Source of the DNA: Catajapyx aquilonaris
Lineage: Eukaryota
Assembly (NCBI GenBank): GCA_000934665.2
Contig: KZ538355.1
Coordinates: 59,282-79,281 of the forward strand
Direction of reading: 5' to 3'
DNA length: 20,000 nucleotides
The notes under the pieces: generated by a model
The model's database searches: none
Seen by the model: only the letters and a program-made list of their open reading frames with translations
What the model was told of the DNA's origin: nothing
Position numbers and translations under genes: made by a program
Shown: one piece after another, positions 9,028 through 20,000 of the stretch
How positions within the stretch are numbered: position 1 is the first letter of the stretch
Layout of the letters: each line of letters starts with the position of its first letter

Positions 9028-12000
9028 TCGTGTCTCATTTTATGCTTCACAAAGCCTAACAAAATCATCATGTTTCCTCTTTTTTCCCTCCATATGAGGT
9101 ACAAACAGAAGCCTATAGTCTCTCGTTTACGCCTGACACACGAAAATGGCCAGGTGAAAAAAGAAGTATGGAAGCATTTCCGGTTTCCAGTCGCCCATGC
9201 TCCGCTTCTGCAATTTGTCGAAGGCGGGGTCCTCTAGTGTGACACTTTTTTTCCAGGACAGCCCGCAAGGAAGGCTTTTATGCCGATTGATTTCCGAACG
9301 AGAAGGGGTGGGAAGAGGTGGTAGAGCGAGAATAAAAATTTATCCACACAATTGACATCTTTTAAGTTGCCCAACCCATGCAGATTAATTATGTCGCCAT
9401 ATTGTGTTACGTAACTAGGAGAGAAGCCAAGCATGACGGTGCGCGACATTTGGGGAAGGGTATTGACTATACGTTACGTAACGTAACGAACTTCCTACCA
9501 AAAGGCAGAGTATCATGTACATTATTTTCATTGTATGAGTACCAGACAATTTTTTGAAACTGTTCGATTCAAGGAAAATTACCAAAAACATTATGGAATG
9601 AACAAAGCCATTAAATTGGTTTAATTCGTGTCATGTACTAGTCACTATCCTTTTAGTAAAATTGGAACGCACATCTTGCTCTTCAAGTACGCCGCTTTGA
9701 TGTCATGACAGAAGGTCATCTCAGAGCGTATGCACGGAAGATGGTTAGTGACTCTCATCCCTGCCGTTAACACGCTATTCGGTCATCAGTCAGACGATCC
9801 TTACATGTCTTTATCGTACATGCATAATGTACTATCACGGTCTTATACTTGGGACTCGGGCTCCACATAGATTTGCTGCTTTTAACGAGTTGGAAAGAGC
9901 CATTCAAACAATTTGGCTTTGTAACGTCAAGACATGCTACATTAATCGTACGAGTTGGTAACCTAATTATGCCCTCATTTTGGTTGCAATTGGATGGCGC
10001 CTGCTATTTCTCAACAAAAAGAGGCATTTATTGAAGCCGTTTGTAATCCATAAATTAATGTTGGTTGGGCTTACAGTCGTTGGAGAGCACGATTACTTTG
10101 TGCAATGCAACGGTGGCATTTTGGAGTTTACATCAACACGAGCGACGCGCAGGTGGAAATTTGATGGAAACAACGGAGTTTTGCGACACCAAATGGGCAC
10201 TGAAATAAGGTGCGGCATCTGCTGCTTGTTCCCATGCAATTTGTTGGTTGTTTTTTTGTCAAATCGATATCGCTTTCTTTGATGAGTGGGGCAGAGGTAG
10301 GTATAAACTTTTTCCAGGCAGAATATCCCAAATTATCATGCTCATTTAAAGTTTTGAAAGTAGATAATCAGTGACCTCGTGGCCTAACAAGCAGAGGAGT
10401 AATTTAATGAACCAATAAAACAAGCGCCAAAGTCCAACTAATGAAAGTGCTATGAGGAATGAATTTGGAATTAAAATGCATATGTTCATGGAATTTGCAT
10501 CATATTTACAGTACTACAAGTGGATGAGATGTTTTTTTTTTAAATACTTATATCGAGTGTAAGGTATACATATACAGGCCCTATCTAACTTTCGTCTAAA
10601 ATTATTTTATTCATTACCCACACCATTTTTATACCTGTTAGTTATGTTGGGTCACTTACAATTCGTAAGAAATAATCTTATTTACATTGAGTTAACACAT
10701 CTGAATTGTGACACTTCCCATCCATTACTCACTTGTCAGTTTACTCCTTCAACATCTATAAAACGCCTTATAGCCAGAATCTGCTCTGTTCATTGCAATG
10801 CACTCGGAAAAGTATCCGAAGAGAAATGTCTCAAGGGATCCTCTTTTATACTCGAGTTCGAATATCCCTCTCCTTGACGTAATACTCCAAGATCTAGAGT
10901 TGGTCCTCAAACACACAATATTGAAGTATTTCTACAGTACCGTATACATTCAAATAATATTTACCCTGATCTCGCCCAACTACTCGTATTTAATTTTATA
11001 GACTGGTGTCGACTTTCACCACTTATACTAGCCTATAAGTTCTTGTCGGCTGCTCTTGCGTAAAAAAAAACACAACATGATGGGTTACCCTACATGACTC
11101 GAGCGTGATAGTTACTACGGGTCGGTGCCGTGTCAGCAAGTATGTCTTTTCCGCCGCAATGAATTCGTCTCCGCGTGACTAGCCGTTGCTTATATAGTAG
11201 GCCTACCTGCAGAGGGGTGTAAAAGTGAAATATGGATCGTAATTCTGGAGCAAGGCTACGGTGTCCCTGGCATACCGACCTCCGAAGAAAAGGAGAAGAG
11301 ATGGCGAAAAAAAGCGCCTTTCGACTGTGGAATCCGGTTACGGAACAATGCCGCCATTTTCCGGAACCTCCTTCAAGCCTACATGCATTCCACAGTGCAA
11401 ATGTGTCGCGCCCAAACATTTAGGTCACACGTTGTCATTTTGTGTGCACTTCTGGCACGTCTCTCCGCGTGACCAGTTGATAAATCTGGCCAATCTGTTA
11501 GTGTCACATGCGGGCACACAATAAAAGGATTACACAGCTTTGTGCCCGTATACTGTACGGGGTATATGAGCTGTCCTTTAAAGCATAACCGCGCAGTCCT
11601 GTACGTATGATGCGCACCCCTCCCCCTCCCCAAAAAATGACCCATTTTAGTGTACCATTCCTTGGGTTCCCCATGACTTTCTCTGATCTCTCTTTTCCGC
11701 TGTGATCTCGACGTCCTTTCCTAATCCTCCTTGTGGCCACAGAGGGAGCCAAAAAGGCCCTGTAATCCCTCCCCCCCACCTTCCCCCACCTCCCCTCCAA
11801 ATGCCCAAGGGGGGAACTCTTTTCTCGGCCACTTTCCCTATTTCGTCCTGGAAGACTCTCACTCTCCTTCGCACGCCTACCCCCCCTGGCCCTCTTCTCT
11901 TTTTTTGGTATGAAAAAAAAATCTCATGGTATAGGGTTACCCTCTCTTATCCAGCACTTATCGATTTCTTCGACAGAGTGACCCTCAAAGGAGGATTCAT

Positions 12001-14008
12001 AATTGATAACCGTGTAGCCTGCAAGGTAGTCTCGCCTATCAATTTTGACCACACTGTCCTATATTGAAATCGGGTCAGATATTGAGCAGAAGATGGCAGC
12101 GCAAGTCATATCCGCTGACGAGGCGAAAATGAACTGCGATTGCAACATTTCTTGGTAATTATCGAATAGGATATCGCTCATATACGGGTCCGGACGAAAT
12201 GGGCACACTTCATCGTTGAGATATTCTGAGGGATATCCGACTGAGTCGGGTGGAAGAATATCTTACGTGGAAAGAGTTTTGATGGGTTCCCTCTGTGTGA
12301 ACGTGGGTTTTCTCGAGATAAACCCGTTTCCTTCACGAGAAAAAGCCATCACTAGCACAGTCAATGAATAAAGTTGGTCGTTAGAAATAAGCCAGAATTT
12401 CTGTCTCACCTGTACCACTCAAGCTACTGAGTATTTAGGTAATCTTGTATTTCTCTGAATGAGGTCAAACAATAATGAAGTGTATTACTGACATAACATG
12501 CAGATATGATATTTAAAACGCCTGTGCTCATTCACCTGGCAAGCGGTGTCCAATTTCGACACAAATAGGCCAACATTTCCAACCAACCCCTATTCACATA
12601 GTAGGCGCAGCCCACAAATTATGCTGCTCACATGGACTTGATCTCCATGAAGCACAAACTCACCTGGTCATTCACATACACTCTCTGAGCTGCAGTTGCG
12701 GAGGAAATTAATATTTCACCCCGTCCAGATAATCACACAACAACTGACAGTGTTATTTCAGAAAAATTGCAAAATTGTTCCTGGTATCTCTCAGATGTTC
12801 CATTGAATTGACATTACATATCTGACACCCCCTAGCGAACTACTCTACATACTGCGTTTTAAATGGCGAAAACATGAAAAACCATTCATATTGTACGTGA
12901 AGATACACTAGCATGTTTATAATATATGGTGTTGTGTGACAGGTTATCTTTCTTGCGACTGGAGAGAATTTTCGCCTTCGAACACTGATGGGCATCACTG
13001 TGCAAAATTCTTATTTAACGTGGTGCAAGTGTGGCACGACTACAACATGGTTTCAGACTGCTAATGTCGAGCAGGGTGCATTTCAGCATTAAAACAACCC
13101 TACCTTAAAATACAGTGCTCAGTGAAAACATGGCCGTAAACGGAGAAGGGGCGCTATAAATTCCAATCGGAGGCGGCCGTCCCTTGAAAATTGTACCCCT
13201 GGTGGGTGCTAAGGTATTCCCTACAGTGCAATTATTAATCCAGGTCAAAGTCAACCGTTGAATAAGTCGCTTGACCTCTCTGCTAGTGGTGCAGTGCCAG
13301 TGAAACTGGACTATACCACTCTGCAGCAGAATATGTATACTGAATAGTGAATGTATGCTGTAGGCCTCTATTGTTTCCATTATATTACTGGAATTGTGAT
13401 GTGATGGGTTCACCTTTCACGCTGCTAAGTCTGCATTGAAAGTTATATGCTTTATATAACATGGAACATTGATGGTGTGTACTGCAAAAAAAATCACTTT
13501 GAAAGCTTTTGAGAGAGTCTCATATAAACCAAACTGGGATTAAATATTTCTGAAGAATATAAAGTACATCAATCTATCAAGCTGATTATCCTCCTTGCTG
13601 AACTGAAGAATAAACCCAAAATCTCCTTGAGGATATATTTCTGCTTGACACTCCTCAATCTGACATAGAATCTCAACCCACATATTCCTAGCACGTATAT
13701 CAATGAGTGAAAAACCGCCGCCATGTGTGTCAAGTCCCTAATCCATTCTCTCCGGCACAAATGCATGACAGCTCGCCTTCAACTCTGACACTTGTGTCAA
13801 CTATAACCCTCTCCTCCGCAAAATGTGCCACCTCTTTCATACCCCCCCACACTCTGTCCAACGCATTTCGCATACAACGCGAGTGACTCGTTATCTCGCA
13901 ACGCTTGCCACAGTTGCCAGCCCAGAAGGAAATTAAATAACGAAGCGTGTTTTTCCCCCTCCAGGTTCCTCAGACACCATTACCAGGTCAGAAAGAGTGT
14001 ATACTTAC

Positions 14009-14069
14009 CCCACAGAAACAGTGTTCGCCAGCCGGCCACATAGCCTCCATCTGCACAGCTTCAATACAT
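14009..14069 (-). pseudogene. Exon or pseudo-exon encoding part of a WSC-like domain
   Basis: Strong acceptor TTTTTTCCGTCTCTTCCTCCAG and donor GTAAGT. One frame gives CIEA...GEHCFCG and a shifted frame gives CADGGYVAG, together matching the WSC consensus C...C...GY.YAG...G.EC.CG. Confidence 0.5.
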
Positions 14070-16354
14070 CTGGAGGAAGAGACGGAAAAAAAGACGCTAG
14101 AGTTTTAATTAAGTAGTAGACGTCTTCTTGCAGCACGTCGCAATCCGAAACCAATTACGTTAAAAGCAAACCGAAATGCTTTTCGCCCATTCCAACCGGT
14201 CCCCTCCACCACCCCTATATACTTTCCAAATGGCAATACCGACGTGCTCGGGATATTCAAACTTGCTGAAATGTTTAAGATGGCAATACCAATGCAGGGT
14301 TTGCTTTAAACAATCAGAGGATGAAACTGCAAAACGCTGAGATGGGATTGTCTTGTATTTCTGCTAATTGAGATGAATGAAGCGCCCACTAAGGTTTTGT
14401 CTCTCGACACAAGCCACTTTCAGGTAAATTGGGGATTAAAAGGGAGGCAAGTTTCTGCTTTGTGTTAACGTGTGCCCCAACGATATACGCTTTCATGGCA
14501 ATAAAGGTTCTATATTCTACTTATCGATATTAAGACTATTATAAAGAGGATTAGTGAGAAAAGTATAGCAGTACAAGGGTTTATTTCTATAAGGTCACAT
14601 GTTAGAAGAGATTCATCAAGCATATGGGTTGACACAGTGAGACATATTGAATATGAAAATTTTACATTATATCGGACGTTCTGTCCCTAGTTGTCCATAA
14701 AGCATGTCACACTGATTTTCAATAATTAAAAAATCCACTTCTACCCCCATGTCACGCAGTCCCTCTGGGCAGACCCTTCTCCGATAGGTACGGTAGCATG
14801 ACATACTCTTTACAGACGCCCCCGACTACAGAACAATGTAATACAGTATGCTATATAAATAGCGTAATTACCACTACAGGAAAGACATTACATTACTTAC
14901 AACATCAGTGAAACCCACGTATATAATAATTATCATCTAATCACAATGTTGACGTACATGTGAATACTGGTGTCTGTTTTTCTGGAGAGAATAAACTTCA
15001 TTCGAATGAATAATAAAGAATTTGTTTATATGTTGCGTCGTGTTAATCATGTTTTCACAACGTCCTTCTATAGGACAAACATCAGTGTGTCCATTTTCTT
15101 TTTCAGGCTGTTGAATCCAGCCTTATTAGAAATTCAGGATACAAGTCGTAAAGAGACGTTAAAAAATCGCATAAAATTGCAGGCATGCACAAAGTTAGTT
15201 TGACCTACCCCTCCAAAGCTGCAATTAAGTGTGGGTCTGGGCAATTAATCCGATATAACATCATAAAAAGTAAGGCTAGCAGCTAGATATAGCTAATGTG
15301 GAGGAGAGGATCGCCTTAATATTAGGTTTATGGATTTTCATTTAACAGTTAATTTGTTAGCTGAACTGAAATGCGAGGCTTTTTACAGAGCTTTTAAACC
15401 AACTCAATGAAACATATTGTGAGCATTGAGAAGAAATAACTAGTTAACTCGCAGGTCAAAAATGTTTAATACAATGGAAATAATGCGATTACATCCTCGC
15501 CATTTTTGTGGTGAATTATTACAGAATCCATTGTTGGTAATTTGATATTTTCCATATTTATGCGTTTTGCTAATTTGTAATCACGCGTTTTTTTATTGGA
15601 AATTAACTGAATCTTGCATAACAGGATTCAGTTAATCCCCCACAACTGTCCGGAAAAATCAAATGCATTAGTGGCTGATATATCCAGATCAATATTAAAA
15701 TATTGATGCCCCCAAAAAGCATCAAATGTCAAGTCACATCGTTTTGTTTCCATCCACACATTTCATAGGTTATTTTTAAAAGCGCATCCACCATTCGTCT
15801 TAAGAATGTTCTCTCCCTGAGGTTTCTTCATCGCTTATCGGGAGTCGAGACAGATTACTTCGATCCCCCCCCCCCGCACCCCCTCTCCCTCCTNCCCTCT
15901 CCCTCCTTCATTTCTCCCAGAACCGATCCGATGAAAACGAGCCCGGAAGATCCGGAGGAATGTCGCATAACATTTGGTTCGACAGATTTACTTCCTTCTG
16001 CCAAAGGACTTTGCGGAAAAGATTACTAATCGAATTGTTGAAAAGAAGCATTTTGTCAGAAAACCTTCTGCCACAGTTTGATATAAGACGTCGAGGACTC
16101 GTGTGGCGTTGTCACTTGCAGACTTTGGAGTAAGCCATATATACGGCGCATATTTTAATCTAAATGCATGGAAATTTTTATGCTAGGCTTGAGAAGATGT
16201 TTTTTTTTGTGTTTGAAGACAATCAAGTGGGAAAGCGAAGTAGAAAAATTGGTGAAAGAATATAGGGAACTCCAATTTACATGGGGCTGTTGGGTAACTA
16301 TGAGATATGATGTGCTACGTTATGGAGAAAATAGGAAGGCTCAACATTACGTAC

Positions 16355-16515
16355 AGTCCGTTAAACGAAAGAATGATATGACGTCAGGTTCAGCCCCGCC
16401 TCCACCCGGCTCTCCCCTCCAATCATGTCCTCGAATCGCTCTGCAAGCATACTATTGCGCATGCTCAGAAAACACGGCTGGTGTGACGTCAGATCATTCT
16501 CTCGCTTAAAGGACT
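16355..16515. mobile_element. 161-bp inverted-repeat element (MITE-like) with 32-bp TIRs
   Basis: AGTCCGTTAAACGAAAGAATGATATGACGTCA (16355-16386) versus the reverse complement of 16484-16515, AGTCCTTTAAGCGAGAGAATGATCTGACGTCA: 28/32. The left end sits in TA|CAGT; no clean TSD on the right. Confidence 0.7.
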
Positions 16516-19500
16516 TGACTGAATATATGCACAGCATTGTCTTTTTGTTGCTTAGCATACTGTCGCATTTTCTGATCTTTTTCCTGTGTCGTTACGTCCT
16601 TTTTACGCGCGTTGCTCGCGGCAAGAACGAAATACAGATATGGGGAAGATATCGGTTTTTACAACGAGCATTATAAGTTCAGTACGTGATTTATGAACCC
16701 TCTACTGCAAGAAATAAGGGAGATTATTTGACCGGAATAAACATTCTTCTATTCTTTACCATGTTAAAAGTAGACTACTATGTTACTTCGTCATATAGTC
16801 GTGTCATACAATGAAAATGGTGGACAGCACCAATATCCTTCTCCCTACTTTAATGCAGCTTTGAACCTATAAAGCCACGGGTAGCTGTAAATTAGATTCT
16901 CATGAGGCTAACCTGTCCTCACCTTTGAATTGCCATCAAGCCTAAACTACTTACTGCATGCCACATTTCTAGTAAAAAGTCATTTCTGGTGAAATGTCAT
17001 GTCCGAAGTGTAGGATCATAGGCGGGTGTTGACAGGAAGACAATCACGGTAACACCCACTTTTTCTCGGTCTCTTTCACACGCAGGCATTATGATAGCCA
17101 TTGGGTGTGAAGAGGCGGCAAATTAGCATGCTAGCACGAACTCTCCAGCACGAAACCACGAAGGCTCTCAGACACGTGTACTATGCAAGTCTACATTAGT
17201 GGAGAGTTAGCCGTGCACATTCGTCCTTTAATCCTGTTAAACTCCAACTCATCCATTAATTCCACGCACAAAAAAGGTCGCCTCTTCCACCAGAAAATTT
17301 CACCTGAGGCGAGTCTTCTTAATCATCCTCGACACTGAGGTCTGCCGCCTGAGTAATTACACAGTTTAATTTTTCGCAATCAGACCGACTCTAAAACCGC
17401 CTCTGTGCTGAAGATCCATTTTTTAACGACGAACCATTAAAAAAGACTGCAATCCGCAAGAATAAGCCTATCCGGACTCCTACAAAAAAAAATCTGCAAA
17501 AGCCCTTGCTGCATCTGCTAACGTCAAATCCTCTTATAGAGATCCAGCGCAACCTTATCAAGATTCCAATTAACGCCACTCCAGCAGCGCATGGATTGAT
17601 CCGTCAAAATTTTGCGAAACCAATTACAAGAGATTTGTAGCAAGGACATGAGATACGTGGAAGCTCAGAGATGGGATTCCTTTCATGGGCACCACGCTGG
17701 AAAATGACCGTGACGTAGAAGGCTACGTATACGTTCCACTAATTAATTGAAAATATTCTGCATGTCCAGAACTGGAGTAGAGAGGTCAAAAACACTGCGC
17801 AATTAAACACTAATGGGAAGGTTCACCTTTTACAGGAGGTACAAAAAAAAGCCAGGCTTGGTGCTAAAAATAAAATGAAACTTGTCAACAACATAGGTTC
17901 AACGTGCATACTGACGTTCGACACATTTTTTGGGGGAGTTGTTGATCATTTTAAATAACCCTGCAGTTTCCAGTTACTATCATGACCCCAGGGACATCGT
18001 GCGCCATCTTTCCTTCATGATGCATGTTTTATTCAAGTGCTGAAATGCCTTCAAGTAACAATCTCTGGAGTAAACCCATAAAATTTGGTTTACAGCATCC
18101 AATATGACAGACAAAATTCAAATCTTTAAGCAATTCGTGTATGTACGTAGATGTAGTATCTCCTGAATTATTTATTATTCTGCAACGAGCATGCAGTTTT
18201 TCATAGTATTAGCCAGAGGGTCTGAATTCAACTACCAGATGGCTCAATGCAGACATTTTTATATTCCCTCCTGGGGCCGTATCAGGGCAAAGATTATAAA
18301 ACTGATCTTAGTAAAAGTTTTACTCAACCACAATAATAGAGACATAACATATGTGAAAGCATATACTGTATGCATACAGCTGAGAGTTTTTTAAAAAATA
18401 CACAACCATGCTCTCAGCCATATTTCGCCCAAAATTCTGCTCAAAATCTGTATAGTCCCACTTCTCTCACCTGCCTATCCCAGAAAAGGTATGACAGATT
18501 GTGATCATCCCTTCACCATCTGGTTTGCGCCTGAAATCGGTTTTTAATTAATCAGATTACCCGAGCCAGCAGCGTGAGACCGATACTCGTCCAGTCACCT
18601 AGTGCGAAAAGTGTGTTCCAGGGGCTAGCCAGAGGATCACATTACACTGGACAAAAAATGGGCGGGTGGAAGGGTTACTGTAGCTGAGAGAATGGCCACG
18701 TGCACTATGCAGCCCCACCCTTTATCTGGATCAGCTCTGTTTGTGCAGCGGGCTCTCTAACTACTCCAAACCGAGCCTATACTGCCGCTGGCTTGTTTTC
18801 ATTCTGGGCATTAAAAGGATGTTTGCACATATGCATGGACTGTCCTGGTGTTCTCAGCTATTGGGAATTTGTCCTCAGAAATATTCGATATTGTGGAGCC
18901 TGGATATGCGAAGAGTCAACATGGTAATGCTGCACTCACTGGGTGGTGTTTCCTGTTTTTTAGCAAATGGTCCTCAAAATGGGGAGTGAGTCAGGCATTG
19001 AAATTCAATCCATTAGTGCACAAAATCGGTCAGAGTCCTAACTTGTGGTTTGTGGAATGTATTAACAAAGGGGGCTCTATCATTTGATTTGTTCCAAAAA
19101 AAAATATCATTTCACCCTATACTCACTCGGGCCAAATTAAGTATCTACCAGCATCGCATTACTTTTGAAGTGCTAAATGCATTAAAGTCACTGAATTGCA
19201 CCAGGTTGAAAATGATCAATTTCTATATGCTAGAGAGACAAAAACTGTTTTATTTTGCATAAAATTGCCTCTGGTGATATTTTTAGCTTGGAACCAGTCG
19301 GTTCTATCTGAATGGCTATTCATCCATAGCTTCTGCTCCCAAGCCGATTACATACAGCATGTGCCCTTTTGCTCATATCCTCCATATTTGTTTGATGATG
19401 ACGCTCTCTCACCCATGGTGATGCACCAATGCAATATACCTGCATTGTTCTGAAACAATATTGCACAGCATGGCAACGTTTTCTTTTCTTTATATTTCAG

Positions 19501-19640
19501 AAAAATTAGTTGCATCTATTACTGGTATTTCCTGAAGTATTTAAAGACATATTGATTCCAATTCACTCAGTGTTTACACAAAAAAATGGCGAATCTCCTA
19601 GGTTTTAGTCCAGGTGCTAAGGGACAAATTTGACCCAAAC

Positions 19641-20000
19641 TTTGCATTTTGTGACAAAAGTATGAAACTCGGTACACTTGTCCTTTGGACACTTCTGATC
19701 ATATCTGGACGTGGAGCCACGATGACCCACCCCGGTGGTGGTCCATTTCGCAGGGTTTCCATAACTACCAGATGCAGCATCCTTTTAGGACCTTGTATTG
19801 GGTGACAAAAACATGAAACTCTCCACAATTGGTCTTTGGACACTTCTGAACATGTCTGGATGTGGAGCCACGATGACTGACCCCGCTGTGGGTCACTTGC
19901 AGTGTCGCCAGATCTAACGGACCATACATACATCTCTGCGAGGATTATGTGAATTGGGAGCTTGCATTCGGTGATAAAAACGTGAAACGCGGTACGGTAG
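19641..20000 (+). repeat. Diverged tandem repeat, units of ~151-169 bp, truncated by the window end
   Basis: Unit starts YTTGYATTNNGTGAYAAAA..RTGAAAC at 19641, 19792 and 19961. The first two units also share CTTTGGACACTTCTGA.CAT.TCTGGA.GTGGAGCCACGATGAC. Confidence 0.85.

Noticed and set aside
9680..10331. Coding-like stretch with several short ORFs
   Set aside because: Stops in all frames and no motif I can identify; BLASTX would be needed.
12116..12155. CTGACGAGGCGAAA hammerhead-like core
   Set aside because: Only 3 nt for stem II and no stem I pairing. The other CTGATGA sites (924, 4016, minus-strand 9789) also lack the flanking stems.
13170..13228. EnSpm/CACTA-like terminus (...GTACCCCT...CCCTACAGTG)
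   Set aside because: No convincing matching left end or TSD; CACTGT at 12996 aligns poorly.
17392..17740. ~80-codon open frames without ATG
   Set aside because: No splice-site pair or family similarity recognised.
19641..20000. Repeat-spacer-like pattern suggesting CRISPR
   Set aside because: Repeats are ~90 bp and diverged, the context is eukaryotic, and there are no cas genes.

Overview
Eukaryotic, repeat-rich, non-genic or intronic DNA. It looks like an invertebrate animal genome, which is an inference from the TE types and recurring TAGGCCTA-type palindromes. No intact protein-coding gene, rRNA, tRNA or CRISPR array is supportable, and most ORFs in the track are chance ORFs or mirror images inside inverted repeats. 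The first 8.4 kb is a nest of mobile elements: a mariner-type MITE (392-641), a ~350-bp structured retroposed insert with a 22-bp target-site duplication (TSD) and (CCAA)n tail (1302-1658) lying between inverted repeats, a Tc1 transposase relic (~2625-3045), and a decayed minus-strand LINE (~3068-6495). The LINE is interrupted by a 1-kb foldback element and by two TTAA-flanked elements that share one TTAA. An assembly gap (6732-6764) and a Harbinger-type MITE (8193-8371) follow. Further on are exon-like relics (YWTD-like, WSC-like), a 161-bp inverted-repeat element packed with promoter motifs (16355-16515), and a 150-170-bp tandem repeat running off the right end. The best novelty candidates are the structured retroposon and the promoter-cassette MITE. 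Neither can be shown to be undescribed without database searches.
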